From Minisyncoccota bacterium (lineage in GTDB: Bacteria > Patescibacteriota > Minisyncoccia > UBA6257 > GWB1-50-10): a DNA stretch of 64,000 nt. The stretch covers positions 962-64,961 of the forward strand of contig JAGVBU010000009.1 of NCBI GenBank assembly GCA_020059585.1. Direction: 5' to 3'. The notes under the pieces were generated by a model. That model was not told the DNA's origin and ran no database searches. It saw only the letters and a program-made list of their open reading frames with translations. Of this stretch, positions 1-11,228 are shown piece after piece (positions within the stretch are counted from its first letter, which is position 1; every line of letters begins with the position of its first letter). The translations under genes and the position numbers were made by a program.

Positions 1-167
1 TCTCCGCGCTTCCGCAATTGTCTGAATCGTTTATCACCTCAACAACCCGCGACATTCTTCCTGTGGTAAAAATAGACGCGCGGGCAATCGGAAACGGAAA
101 GGTGGGAATCCACACCAAGGTTCTCATGGACGTCTACAAAACGCGCGTGCGCGAAATGATACAATAA
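1..167 (+). CDS. class IV aminotransferase (branched-chain aa / D-amino-acid aminotransferase family), 3' fragment running off the window start
   Basis: Frame ending at the TAA at 165-167 translates ...ESFITSTTRDILPVVKIDARAIGNGKVGIHTKVLMDVYKTRVREMIQ*, the typical C-terminal block of fold-type IV aminotransferases. Confidence 0.5.
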   Translation, partial: SALPQLSESFITSTTRDILPVVKIDARAIGNGKVGIHTKVLMDVYKTRVREMIQ

Positions 168-172
168 TCCTT

Positions 173-631
173 ATGACTACCACCAATTTTGAGGAACTGA
201 GTGAGGAGGAAGAAGCACTGCTTCTTGAAGCGGAACACGCGATGGCATACGCCTATAATCCCTATAACAGCAGGGCGAGAGTCGGCGCGGCTGTCCGCAC
301 CGCATCAGGAGAGATTATCACGGGCTCAAGCGTCGGGAATGTCTCTTCTTCCATCAATCTTTGCGCCGAACGGGTAGCACTCGCTGCGGCAAGCGCGCGG
401 GGACAGAGAAATATCAAAACAATCGCCATCATCGGCATTGACGGAGACGGCATTATCGAAAATCCGGTCATGCCGTGCGGCACATGCAGACAATTCATGG
501 AAGAATTCCTAAAGACAAGCGGTGATGATATCGAAATAATCTGTTCGAACACAAAGAAGGACAAAATTGCCCGCACGTCATTTAACGAACTTCTTCCCTT
601 CCCCTATTCCGGAAGCGGAGAAATAAAGTAG
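173..631 (+). CDS. cdd: cytidine deaminase (homotetrameric type)
   Basis: 152 aa; zinc-binding motifs CAERVAL and PCGTCRQ. Confidence 0.8.
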   Translation: MTTTNFEELSEEEEALLLEAEHAMAYAYNPYNSRARVGAAVRTASGEIITGSSVGNVSSSINLCAERVALAAASARGQRNIKTIAIIGIDGDGIIENPVMPCGTCRQFMEEFLKTSGDDIEIICSNTKKDKIARTSFNELLPFPYSGSGEIK

Positions 632-634
632 TCA

Positions 635-1537
635 CTATTGCGCCATATCGCGCAATGCTTTCACGCGGTCATCTACAGGCGGGTGAGTCATAAAAAGCTT
701 ATGAAGCCATGAGGTGCGCTCCCCCGGCTTGTCGAACGGATCTTCGAACCAGAGATGGGCAGTGGTGTTACGCGCCACGCGCAATTCCGCGGGATTGCGG
801 GATATCTTCTGAAGCGCGCTCGCAAGACCCTCCGGATATCGCGTAAGAAGCGCTCCCGAAGCGTCCGCAAGAAATTCGCGCTTCCTTGATATCGCGAGAT
901 GCATAAGCGTTGCCGCAATCGGGGCAAGAATCGCAAGCGCGATACCCACGATCATAAGCACCACCTGTGCCTGTCCCCCTCCTTCACGATTGCGTCCGTG
1001 GAAAAGCGTGCTCCTCATAAAAAAATCAGAAATTAATGAAACAAATCCTACGAGTATCACCGCAACCGTAGCGATAAGCGTATCTCTGTTTCCGATATGC
1101 GAAAGTTCGTGCGCAATCACCCCCTCCAATTCATTTTTGTTTAACTGTTCCAAAAGTCCCGTCGTGACGGCAATGACGCCGTGTTCGGGATCCCTTCCTG
1201 TTGCGAAGGCATTCGGAGCGTTCTCATACATAATATAAACCTTAGGCATCGGCAATCCCGCGGTTATTGAGAGATTCTGAACGATATTCCAAAGTACAGG
1301 TTCCTTGTTTTTGTCCGCGGGAATGGCGTTCGCCATTTTCAATACGATAGTGTCGGAATGCCAATAACTGATAATGCTCATCACGGAAGAAAACAGCACC
1401 GCGAAAAAAAGAATTCCCGGATTTCCGTATACACGGGAGAAAAACCATCCGATACCGATAACAACGATAAAAAACCCCGAAAAGAGAATCGTCGTTTTTC
1501 TTACATTAGAGCTTTTATGCGTGTATATTGTTGCCAT
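635..1537 (-). CDS. htpX: HtpX-type M48 zinc metalloprotease
   Basis: 300 aa; N-terminal TM segments; HELSHIGNRD (HExxH) motif; overall HtpX architecture. Confidence 0.85.
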   Translation of the reverse strand: MATIYTHKSSNVRKTTILFSGFFIVVIGIGWFFSRVYGNPGILFFAVLFSSVMSIISYWHSDTIVLKMANAIPADKNKEPVLWNIVQNLSITAGLPMPKVYIMYENAPNAFATGRDPEHGVIAVTTGLLEQLNKNELEGVIAHELSHIGNRDTLIATVAVILVGFVSLISDFFMRSTLFHGRNREGGGQAQVVLMIVGIALAILAPIAATLMHLAISRKREFLADASGALLTRYPEGLASALQKISRNPAELRVARNTTAHLWFEDPFDKPGERTSWLHKLFMTHPPVDDRVKALRDMAQ

Positions 1538-1614
1538 TATTAGTATCTAGTATATTGTATTCAGTATTGCACATTTTATATCAAGTCTTAATACTTACTA
1601 CTTTATGCTTTATA

Positions 1615-3624
1615 CTAGCTGGCGCCTCCTCCTCCGCCACCACCGCCTCCCCCTCCCGCGCCTCCTCCGCCCGCGGCACCACTCGCCCCCGCGCCCGCGA
1701 TCGCGCTTGTAAAGGCGGATGAGAAACTCGCGCTAAACGCGGAAGGAGAAAAGACAGAAGAAACGGTTCCATCTATCGCGCCGATTGCGTGGGGCATCAC
1801 AACCCATTCGGGCTGAGGAAGATGCATTTCCTCGAATGTGTCCGCCCACTTTTTTTCCACGCCGAATATCATCGCGTACGGAAGATACTTCTCAAAAAGA
1901 TCAGGAGTGATTGTCTTTATCCTGTCCTTTTCAGTAACTCCGAGAAACATCTTGAATCCAAGAAGCGCGTGCTTCATCCCAATCCCTTCTTCGGAAAGAC
2001 GTGCCTCAAATTTCAAGAAAGCCCATATTATCGCTGAAACCGAAATGAAAGAAACTATCGCGATGAACGATTGCCATAGTGCATTTGAATCAAACATCTT
2101 TGATCCAAGAGACCATGAAAAAACCGAGAAAAACACCGCGCCCGCGATTGTGATAGTGAGATATTTTTCCTTTTGAATACCTCCTCCGGTGAATGCGCGC
2201 GTATCGCTATCCATTTCCTTTAGCACGTCATTTTGTATATCCTGTATTTTTTTTGAAAATTCCCGCTGTCGACGGACATTCTTTTTTATCTCCTCAAAGG
2301 AAAACAATTTTCCATCGCGGAAGAGTTCCCGAAGATACGCCTTCTCAAAATCCTGAAGATGGGGATCTCCCTCTATTGTTTTAAGAAGTTCGAGCGAATA
2401 GGATCTCTTTTTTGCCTTCAGCACCGCGGGAATTACCATGAACAACGCGCCGATATATACAAATTCGAAGAGAAGAAATCCGAATATTTTAAAAATTCCT
2501 TCCGCCATGTTTGCGATAAGCACCGCAAAGAATACTCCAAGAATTATCATGACAAGGAACACCGCATTTTTTTTCGAGGCGAGTATGTCAAGAAACCGGT
2601 TAAATATTCCCTTTTCATCTTGAATGATTTTTATGTAGCCGCGCACCGCAAGATCAACAATCGTCGCCGAAAATCCCTTGGGAGAGATACGTTCTTTCAA
2701 TACGAGTTCGGCGAAGAGCGGAGGCATATTTTTGGGCGGTTCGTATTCCGGCACGATCGCGCGCTGTTCCGCGGTCTTTTCCTTGTATGTGTGTATTCCA
2801 ATGAAGATTCCCGCGCCAAGAACTATAAGCACGGAAAGCATGTATCCAAAATTCATCTTCAAAAAATCCTTTACATACGCGCTTACCGCGGGGATTCCTT
2901 TTTTCCACGCGACATCAACCGTGAACGCCTCTCCCGAAGAAAAACCCTGTTCGGTGAATCTGTATCCCCTCACTTCAGGAGAATACAAAAGTTCTCCCGA
3001 TCCCTGCATTGATGATCGATAAAAGAAACCCTGAGTGTCTTCCTGCGTATATGATCCGGGAAGCACGATATTCACCGAGGCGGAATCGACTGAAACGGGA
3101 TAATCGGTAAAAATGTTCCAGTACAACCTGTTGTATCCCGTTCCGAATTCTATCGCTCCATGGACCGTGTATCCGATAATCCACGTCTTTTCAATCGGAA
3201 ATTTTTCTTCTTCGAGATTGTAGTACCACTCAATAACCTGCGTTCCGTTTTCTTTATACGTCGTATACGCGCCCCAATTTTCAGGAATGGTTTTATCCAT
3301 TTTTTTCCTTGAAAAATCAAGAAGCGTTCCCGTTGAGGCATCTCTTATTGTTATTTCGGTGATTCCATCAATTCCGGAAAGAGGAATGCTCCGCCATCCC
3401 TGATGAAAACTTCCGTTTTCAAATAGATATGTCTGGCGTTCCTCGACGCGCACCGTGGCGTCGCTTCGTATCTCGAATGTCGTGTAAATATCCTTATATG
3501 AATATCCTTTTCTTTCGATCTCCGCGTTCGCCCACGGAATATGAACGGATAGCGCGAGAATTACGGATACAAAAAACACCCCGCACGCGGGTATCCTTCC
3601 CGTATTGCGAGGTGCGTGTTCCAT
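1615..3624 (-). CDS. DUF2207-family membrane protein with C-terminal poly-glycine tail
   Basis: 669 aa; signal/TM N-terminus, extracellular domain, internal TM block, C-terminal GAGASGAAGGGGAGGGGGGGGGGGAS; adjacent LemA, as in DUF2207/LemA pairs. Confidence 0.7.
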   Translation of the reverse strand: MEHAPRNTGRIPACGVFFVSVILALSVHIPWANAEIERKGYSYKDIYTTFEIRSDATVRVEERQTYLFENGSFHQGWRSIPLSGIDGITEITIRDASTGTLLDFSRKKMDKTIPENWGAYTTYKENGTQVIEWYYNLEEEKFPIEKTWIIGYTVHGAIEFGTGYNRLYWNIFTDYPVSVDSASVNIVLPGSYTQEDTQGFFYRSSMQGSGELLYSPEVRGYRFTEQGFSSGEAFTVDVAWKKGIPAVSAYVKDFLKMNFGYMLSVLIVLGAGIFIGIHTYKEKTAEQRAIVPEYEPPKNMPPLFAELVLKERISPKGFSATIVDLAVRGYIKIIQDEKGIFNRFLDILASKKNAVFLVMIILGVFFAVLIANMAEGIFKIFGFLLFEFVYIGALFMVIPAVLKAKKRSYSLELLKTIEGDPHLQDFEKAYLRELFRDGKLFSFEEIKKNVRRQREFSKKIQDIQNDVLKEMDSDTRAFTGGGIQKEKYLTITIAGAVFFSVFSWSLGSKMFDSNALWQSFIAIVSFISVSAIIWAFLKFEARLSEEGIGMKHALLGFKMFLGVTEKDRIKTITPDLFEKYLPYAMIFGVEKKWADTFEEMHLPQPEWVVMPHAIGAIDGTVSSVFSPSAFSASFSSAFTSAIAGAGASGAAGGGGAGGGGGGGGGGGAS

Positions 3625-3629
3625 AGCGG

Positions 3630-4184
3630 TTAGAACTGCACTTTCACGGGCTCTTTTGCTCCCTCATCCTCAAGCTCAAAGAAATCTCTCTTCGCGAATT
3701 TGAACGTTCCCGCGATCACATTGTATGGGAACATCTCTATTTTTGTATTGAGATCGCGCACATTCCCGTTATAAAATCTTCGCGCTGCCTGTATTTTATT
3801 CTCGGTGTCCGAAAGCTCGTCCTGCAGTTTTGTGAAACTCTCAACCGCGCGGAGCTGCGGATACGCTTCGGCAACGGCAAAAATACTTTTCAACGCGTCC
3901 GTCACCATATTATCCGCGACTTCTTTTTCTTTTACCGATTGGGCTCCAAGCGCTTGCGCGCGCGCTTTGGTCACGTTTTCGAATGCTTCATTTTCGTGTT
4001 TCGCGTATCCTTTCACCGTTTCTACAAGATTCGGGATAAGATCATAACGACGCTTCAATTGCACCTCTATATCGGACCACGCTTCCTTTGTCCTGTTTAT
4101 AAGCTTTACAAAACCGTTGTACACGGCAATAAGCCACACGACCGCGACCCCGATGAGTATAAGTATGATAGTAAGTATATCCAT
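3630..4184 (-). CDS. lemA: LemA family protein
   Basis: 184 aa; N-terminal TM helix followed by the conserved LemA coiled-coil region. Confidence 0.8.
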   Translation of the reverse strand: MDILTIILILIGVAVVWLIAVYNGFVKLINRTKEAWSDIEVQLKRRYDLIPNLVETVKGYAKHENEAFENVTKARAQALGAQSVKEKEVADNMVTDALKSIFAVAEAYPQLRAVESFTKLQDELSDTENKIQAARRFYNGNVRDLNTKIEMFPYNVIAGTFKFAKRDFFELEDEGAKEPVKVQF

Positions 4185-4288
4185 TGATTTTGAAATATTA
4201 GACCTTTATACGTTGGATTATATAACAGAATGCAGAAAAAAAACAGCGGATATTCCGCTGTTTTCCATAAATGTCTGAAAATACCGCA

Positions 4289-5965
4289 TTATTGTTTTTC
4301 CCTCAGTTTTTCTATCAGATTCTGTTCTTTCGCCGCAATCTGCTCTTCGGTGCCTCTCCGCGCAACTTTGTAGTCCTTCAGATCAGCAAGAATGAATTCC
4401 GAAATCAGCGGAAACGCTTTTTTCGCAAGATCATATTTTTTATGCTCGATGGAGCGATAATCGGGATGTCCTTGAGATATCGTCCGCAATTCCGTTTCCC
4501 AGAAAAATTGCCGCACGTTTTGATACTGATGAAATCTGATTCGGTACGCAAGCGGTACAACATACTGCGCGCAGTCAGGATCAATTGCTTCGAGTTTTTT
4601 GAAAAGCGGTTTGATTCTTTCAAGCGCCTCAATGAACTCGTTGGAAAACCCCGAATTGATAAGTTCTTGAGGAACATCGTATCCATGATGCGCGGAAAAT
4701 CTTTGACGATCTTGCGTCATCATCCGATGTCGATGGAGATCTCTGTACGCGCCGATATTCATCTCTATTTCGAACCGCATATATGAATTTTCGAACGCAC
4801 GCCCAATTTTCTGCCATCGCGCGTTTCTTTCCCCGATATACGCGGCAATGACATCTTTTTTCTCGAGAGGACTCATCATTTTCACCCACGAAAAAACATT
4901 TTCCCATGTTTTGTGGCTTTCCGGATACAAAATTCCCGCGATTATTCTGTCTTCGGCGTAGGCGTCGTATTCCACGAGACGCACGAGCGGTTCCGTTCCC
5001 GAATCAATATTTTCCCCATTGCTAAGATCGGAAAACGGGGAAATATCGCGGACGCGTGTGGCGCGTTTTGCGAGCTCTTCCTGATAGAATCCACTTGCGG
5101 AATCGTTGATGCGCAGAAAAAGCGAGGGAATTTCTTTGTCGAGTTCGTTTTTGAGAGTTTCCCCTATCCATCTGAATTCTCCGAGCGGATGCTTCGCGAG
5201 GCGGTTCAGAAGGTATTCAAACGCCTGTGCGTTTCCACGGAACGCAACTTGTCCGAGCGTTGCCATCGGAAGAAGTCCGCGAAGCGTATCGAATGCTTTT
5301 TTTTCGAGTATCGGTTCTTTATCATCAAAATTTTCCTTAAGCCATCCGAGAAATTTTGGAAGCAGATTAACATACGCATCGAAAAGAGAATCCATGCAAG
5401 AGGTGTATTCGCTAAGAAGACCCATTCTTTCAAGATCCGGCGTTGGAGTGTAATAGAGATACTTTCCATCGATTTTCTGTCCGAAGTTCACGTAACGAGT
5501 CGATTTTTCTATAGGTTCCAATCCGATGCGCCTGTCTTCGAGATATTTCATCGCCACCTGAGAAACGCCCCAAAAAACAGAATGAGTACCCGTCATTTGC
5601 GCTATCGAGTCATCTCCATATTGGGAAAGCCATTTCGCATAGAATGCCTGAGCCCTCTGGTTCCCGAGGATATTCTTGAATCCTTTTTTCGCGAAGAAAG
5701 AAACAACTTCTTCAAGTTCCTCGGCGAGCTGTCTGTCTTCTCCTTCGAGGATTGGATAGACATATTCATCAAGAAAAACCCGAAGAAGAGATCCTTTTGC
5801 CCTGCTCGCTCTCGAACATAAAGCTCCGGTAAGTTCCGGAGGGAGATTCGAGACAACCGAAATAAGTCCTTGTGGATTCGAAAAAAACGGCTCAAGATAC
5901 CGCAGATCACGTTCCGTCCATTGTTCCCCCTTAAACGAGGGTTTGTAGAGATTCGCACTTTCCAT
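4289..5965 (-). CDS. thyX: FAD-dependent thymidylate synthase ThyX, long tandem form (degenerate N-half, intact C-half)
   Basis: C-terminal half contains FEIEMNIGAYRDLHRHRMMTQDRQRFS, matching the ThyX FEIEGVSRA...RHR-x7-S signature. N-terminal half retains only CSRASRAKG and no RHR. Confidence 0.55.
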   Translation of the reverse strand: MESANLYKPSFKGEQWTERDLRYLEPFFSNPQGLISVVSNLPPELTGALCSRASRAKGSLLRVFLDEYVYPILEGEDRQLAEELEEVVSFFAKKGFKNILGNQRAQAFYAKWLSQYGDDSIAQMTGTHSVFWGVSQVAMKYLEDRRIGLEPIEKSTRYVNFGQKIDGKYLYYTPTPDLERMGLLSEYTSCMDSLFDAYVNLLPKFLGWLKENFDDKEPILEKKAFDTLRGLLPMATLGQVAFRGNAQAFEYLLNRLAKHPLGEFRWIGETLKNELDKEIPSLFLRINDSASGFYQEELAKRATRVRDISPFSDLSNGENIDSGTEPLVRLVEYDAYAEDRIIAGILYPESHKTWENVFSWVKMMSPLEKKDVIAAYIGERNARWQKIGRAFENSYMRFEIEMNIGAYRDLHRHRMMTQDRQRFSAHHGYDVPQELINSGFSNEFIEALERIKPLFKKLEAIDPDCAQYVVPLAYRIRFHQYQNVRQFFWETELRTISQGHPDYRSIEHKKYDLAKKAFPLISEFILADLKDYKVARRGTEEQIAAKEQNLIEKLREKQ

Positions 5966-6036
5966 AATTCATTGCTCCTTACAGTATGACTGTTTTGTTT
6001 TTTGAAATCTACTTTCTGTAGTATTGTAAAAAAAAT

Positions 6037-6060
6037 CCCGCCCGTCTATAGACGAGCGGG
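6037..6060 (-). terminator. intrinsic terminator downstream of groEL
   Basis: cccgcccgtc-tata-gacgagcggg hairpin preceded on plus by A8 (T8 following on minus). Confidence 0.6.
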
Positions 6061-6080
6061 ACTGTCTCCGTGGATATCTT

Positions 6081-8037
<1,957 letters not shown>

Positions 8038-8047
8038 TTTTTTATTT

Positions 8048-8074
8048 TTAGCAATGACGACCTTTTATTGCTAA
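8048..8074 (-). promoter_or_regulatory. CIRCE-like inverted repeat (putative HrcA operator) between promoter and groES start
   Basis: TTAGCAATG-N9-TATTGCTAA, 27 nt with 9/9/9 geometry like CIRCE (TTAGCACTC-N9-GAGTGCTAA). Outer TTAGCA/TGCTAA conserved, inner bases diverge. A minus-strand -35 TTGACA (8106-8111) and -10 TACAAT (8084-8089), 16-nt spacer, lie just upstream. Confidence 0.5.
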
Positions 8075-8135
8075 TACGGTTTTATTGTATGGAAATTGAA
8101 ATTTATGTCAACTGGGGTAGAGTGAATATACTCTC

Positions 8136-9830
8136 ATGGAAAAATGGCTTCTTACATATCCTGAAGACGGTCTTGTACAGAAGGCCTATGCCTTCGCCGA
8201 AGACGCCCACAAAGGAATGACGCGGGACAGCGGCGAGCCCTTCATTACTCATCCTCTCGCTGTCGCGAAATTAATCCACGAATGGCGTCTTGACGAGGCA
8301 TCTGTTGTTTCCGCGCTTCTCCATGACGTAGTTGAAGACAGCGAATATTCTCTTAAAACAATAGAAAAGCAGTTCGGGGAGGAGGTTGCGCATATCGTGA
8401 ACGGACTCACAAAACTTAAGGAATTCAAATACGGAGAGAATCCTGACTCTGAAAACATACGGAAGCTCGTGCTTTCTTTCAGCAAGGACCTTCGCGTCAT
8501 TCTCGTGAAACTCGCCGACCGTCTGCACAACATGCAGACGCTCAAATTCAAATCAGCGTCAAAACAGAAAGAGATCGCGTGGGAAACGATAGAAATTTAC
8601 GCGCCTATCGCATACAGACTCGGTATGCAGAAATTGAGTGGAGAACTTGATGACCTTGCGTTCCCCTATCTTTATCCCGATGAATATGCGTGGCTTATGG
8701 ACGCAGTGAAGGAAAAGTACGAGGAGCGCGAATCCTACGCAAAAAAATTAAAACCTCTGCTTCACGATATGCTTAAAGATTCGCATATCGTTCCCATTTC
8801 GGTGGACTCCCGCGCAAAGCGCTATTACAGCCTTTACAGAAAACTTTTGAGGAACGATATGGAGCTTGAAAAGATATATGATCTCGTGGCGCTGAGAATC
8901 ATCGTGCATTCGGTTGAAGAATGTTATGCGGTGCTCGGGACGATACACAAGCACTGGGCTCCGCTTTCCGGACGATTTAAGGATTATATCGCGGTGCCAA
9001 AACCGAACGGATATCGAAGTCTCCATACAACCGTATCGACTCCTGACGCGAAGATAACCGAAATACAGATACGCACGCAGGAGATGCATGAGGAGGCGGA
9101 GTTCGGTATCGCCGCTCACTGGGCATACGAGCAGATAAAAGATTCAAAAAGCAAAAAAGAGACGTGGGGAGGCGTGAAAAACAGAAAAGAGCTCCTTTGG
9201 GTGGAACAGCTCAGAAATTGGCAGAAAAGCTTCGCGAATCAGAAGGATTTTCTTGATTCCCTTAAAGTAGACTTTTTCAAGGAGCGTATTTTTGTAGTGA
9301 CTCCGAAAAATGACGTCATAGATCTTCCCGCGGGCGCGACCCCTATTGATTTCGCGTACCATATCCATAGCGAGATCGGAAATCAGTGCGTTGGCGCGCG
9401 GGTAAACGGGAAAATAGTCCCCATCGATTACGAGCTCCATTCGGGAGACCTTGTCGAAATTATGACGCAAAAAGGAAAAAAACCATCAGAGGACTGGCTT
9501 CGATTCGTGAAAAGCTCTATGGCAAAAAAATATTTGAGAAGTTTCACAAGAGAAAAAGACAGGAAGATAAAGAAAGCGACACATCCGCAGCATGTCGAAT
9601 TCAAGATCGTCAATCTCGACCGCCCCGGATATCTGAAAGACGTCACGAGTGTCTTCGCGGATCTGAAAATAAATATCGAATTTCTCAACAGCCAGACGGA
9701 TCCAAGATTTACGTATTCCATCGTCACCGTACGCTGTCCCTCGGTTTCTCAGGAAAAGCTTCAGAAAGTTCTCGTTAAAATAAAATCCATTTCGGGAACA
9801 AACGAGGTGAGTTTCAAATATATTAGATAG
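8136..9830 (+). CDS. rel: bifunctional (p)ppGpp synthetase/hydrolase, RelA/SpoT family (short form)
   Basis: 564 aa; HD motif HDVVED; synthetase domain; TGS and ACT-like C-terminus. Confidence 0.9.
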   Translation: MEKWLLTYPEDGLVQKAYAFAEDAHKGMTRDSGEPFITHPLAVAKLIHEWRLDEASVVSALLHDVVEDSEYSLKTIEKQFGEEVAHIVNGLTKLKEFKYGENPDSENIRKLVLSFSKDLRVILVKLADRLHNMQTLKFKSASKQKEIAWETIEIYAPIAYRLGMQKLSGELDDLAFPYLYPDEYAWLMDAVKEKYEERESYAKKLKPLLHDMLKDSHIVPISVDSRAKRYYSLYRKLLRNDMELEKIYDLVALRIIVHSVEECYAVLGTIHKHWAPLSGRFKDYIAVPKPNGYRSLHTTVSTPDAKITEIQIRTQEMHEEAEFGIAAHWAYEQIKDSKSKKETWGGVKNRKELLWVEQLRNWQKSFANQKDFLDSLKVDFFKERIFVVTPKNDVIDLPAGATPIDFAYHIHSEIGNQCVGARVNGKIVPIDYELHSGDLVEIMTQKGKKPSEDWLRFVKSSMAKKYLRSFTREKDRKIKKATHPQHVEFKIVNLDRPGYLKDVTSVFADLKINIEFLNSQTDPRFTYSIVTVRCPSVSQEKLQKVLVKIKSISGTNEVSFKYIR

Positions 9831-10794
9831 AGGAATCTTCCCCGAGTATTCTTTCGATAAGCGCCTGCATTTCTTCGCGGGAGTAAAATGGAACAGTGAT
9901 TTTTCCGCGGCTGCCTTTTTTTGTTATCTTTACGGCCGCCTGAAGTTTTTCCTCAAGCTTTTTTTCCCAAAATTTTCTCTCGGGATCCGCGGGGGCATCC
10001 ACATTTTTTTCGCGAAGCTCTTTTGCGGTTATCTTTCCCGATACAATATTGTAAAATGCGCGTTTTTGCTCTTCGAGATTTGATATAGAAAGAAGCGTCC
10101 TTGCTTGAGATTCATTGATTGCATTTGAAGAAAGCGCGTCTTGTATCTCTGAGGGAAGATTAAGAAGACGGACTGTATTCGCGACCGATTCCCTGCTTTT
10201 TCCAACCCGCGCCGCTACTTCTCTCTGAGTGAGTCCGAACTCATCCTGAAGGCGCGCGTATGCCTTTGCGGATTCAAGCGCGTTCAAATCGCTCCGCTGT
10301 ATATTTTCTATGAGCGCAATTTCAAGTTTCGCTTTTCCCGCGTCAATCTTTCTGACAATCGCGGGGATTCTTTCCAATCCCACCATTTTTGATGCTTTGA
10401 GCCTCCGTTCTCCCGCGATAAGCTGATATTCAACCTCGGTGCCAAGTTCGGTCTCTTTGGTTATTTTCGAAACGATAATAGGTTGGATGACTCCGAATTC
10501 CTTTATTGACTGCGCAAGATCTTCCAGCGCCTCGCGATTAAATTCTCTTCGCGGCTGATATGGATTCGGTCTTATCTTTTCAACTTCTATTTGAAATACT
10601 GACTCCTGTTTCGAATGATCTCTTTCCTGCGAATACGTTTCTCTCAATTGGGGAAGCGCTTCGCGGATATTCTGGTATCGGGGAACAGGAAAATTTTCTT
10701 TTCTCTCCTCCTTTTCCGCGGTTTTCTCTTCCCTCACGTCGCGCGCATCATCCTTCGGCGGTATTAATGATTGTAATCCTCTTCCAAGTGCCAT
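9823..10794 (-). CDS. parB: chromosome partitioning protein ParB/Spo0J
   Basis: LIAGERRLKAS box and HTH. Start moved to the internal MALGRGLQSLI (typical ParB N-terminus); the ORF track starts 25 codons earlier at 10869. Confidence 0.85.
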   Translation of the reverse strand: MALGRGLQSLIPPKDDARDVREEKTAEKEERKENFPVPRYQNIREALPQLRETYSQERDHSKQESVFQIEVEKIRPNPYQPRREFNREALEDLAQSIKEFGVIQPIIVSKITKETELGTEVEYQLIAGERRLKASKMVGLERIPAIVRKIDAGKAKLEIALIENIQRSDLNALESAKAYARLQDEFGLTQREVAARVGKSRESVANTVRLLNLPSEIQDALSSNAINESQARTLLSISNLEEQKRAFYNIVSGKITAKELREKNVDAPADPERKFWEKKLEEKLQAAVKITKKGSRGKITVPFYSREEMQALIERILGEDSSI

Positions 10795-11174
10795 AAATAA
10801 ATAATAAACCAACGACTCACAACTCACAACCAAAAATCTGACATGCGTTTCTTTGAATAAGCGTGTCACGTAAGCTGAAGATGGCCTCTATATAAACTAA
10901 AACAGAGGCTTTATTTTTATGCCTTTTGCCGCAATTGTTTTTCGTTACGAACCTCAAGCGTTTAATATTTGTGTGAGTTAATATAAAGAGCAGCTTGAGA
11001 TGACGAAAAGATGTGATGCCGCAAATAGCACAAAATCGTCCCCTGTTTCAGCGTTTAACGTGTACACGGATCCATATTATGCCCGCGAACGTACATACGC
11101 ACCTCCTGCCGGCCGGACATTTGGTCCGCAGCCGATTCGCACACATAACAAGAACCAGTGATAATCATACAAAA

Positions 11175-11200
11175 GGTGCGGGTGACGTCAACCCCGCACC
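11175..11200 (-). terminator. hairpin downstream of parA (candidate terminator)
   Basis: ggtgcggg-N10-cccgcacc (8-bp stem, loop contains the TGACGTCA palindrome), followed on minus by TTTTGTATG. Confidence 0.35.
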
Positions 11201-11228
11201 ATGATCGTGATTGTGCATAACGCGCGTT

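Noticed and set aside
262-576. 104-aa ORF antisense inside cdd
   Set aside because: Fully embedded opposite a confidently assigned gene, low-complexity product. Typical antisense artefact.
4913-5821. 302-aa plus-strand ORF (and several 90-170 aa ORFs) inside thyX
   Set aside because: Antisense to a gene with clear family motifs. Basic, Arg/Phe-rich translation with no motifs or RBS.
10795-11228. Searched the parA-parB spacer and the rest of the window for canonical parS (TGTTNCACGTGAAACA) and DnaA boxes (TTATCCACA)
   Set aside because: None found. The nearest is GTGTCACGTAAGC at about 10861, too divergent to call.
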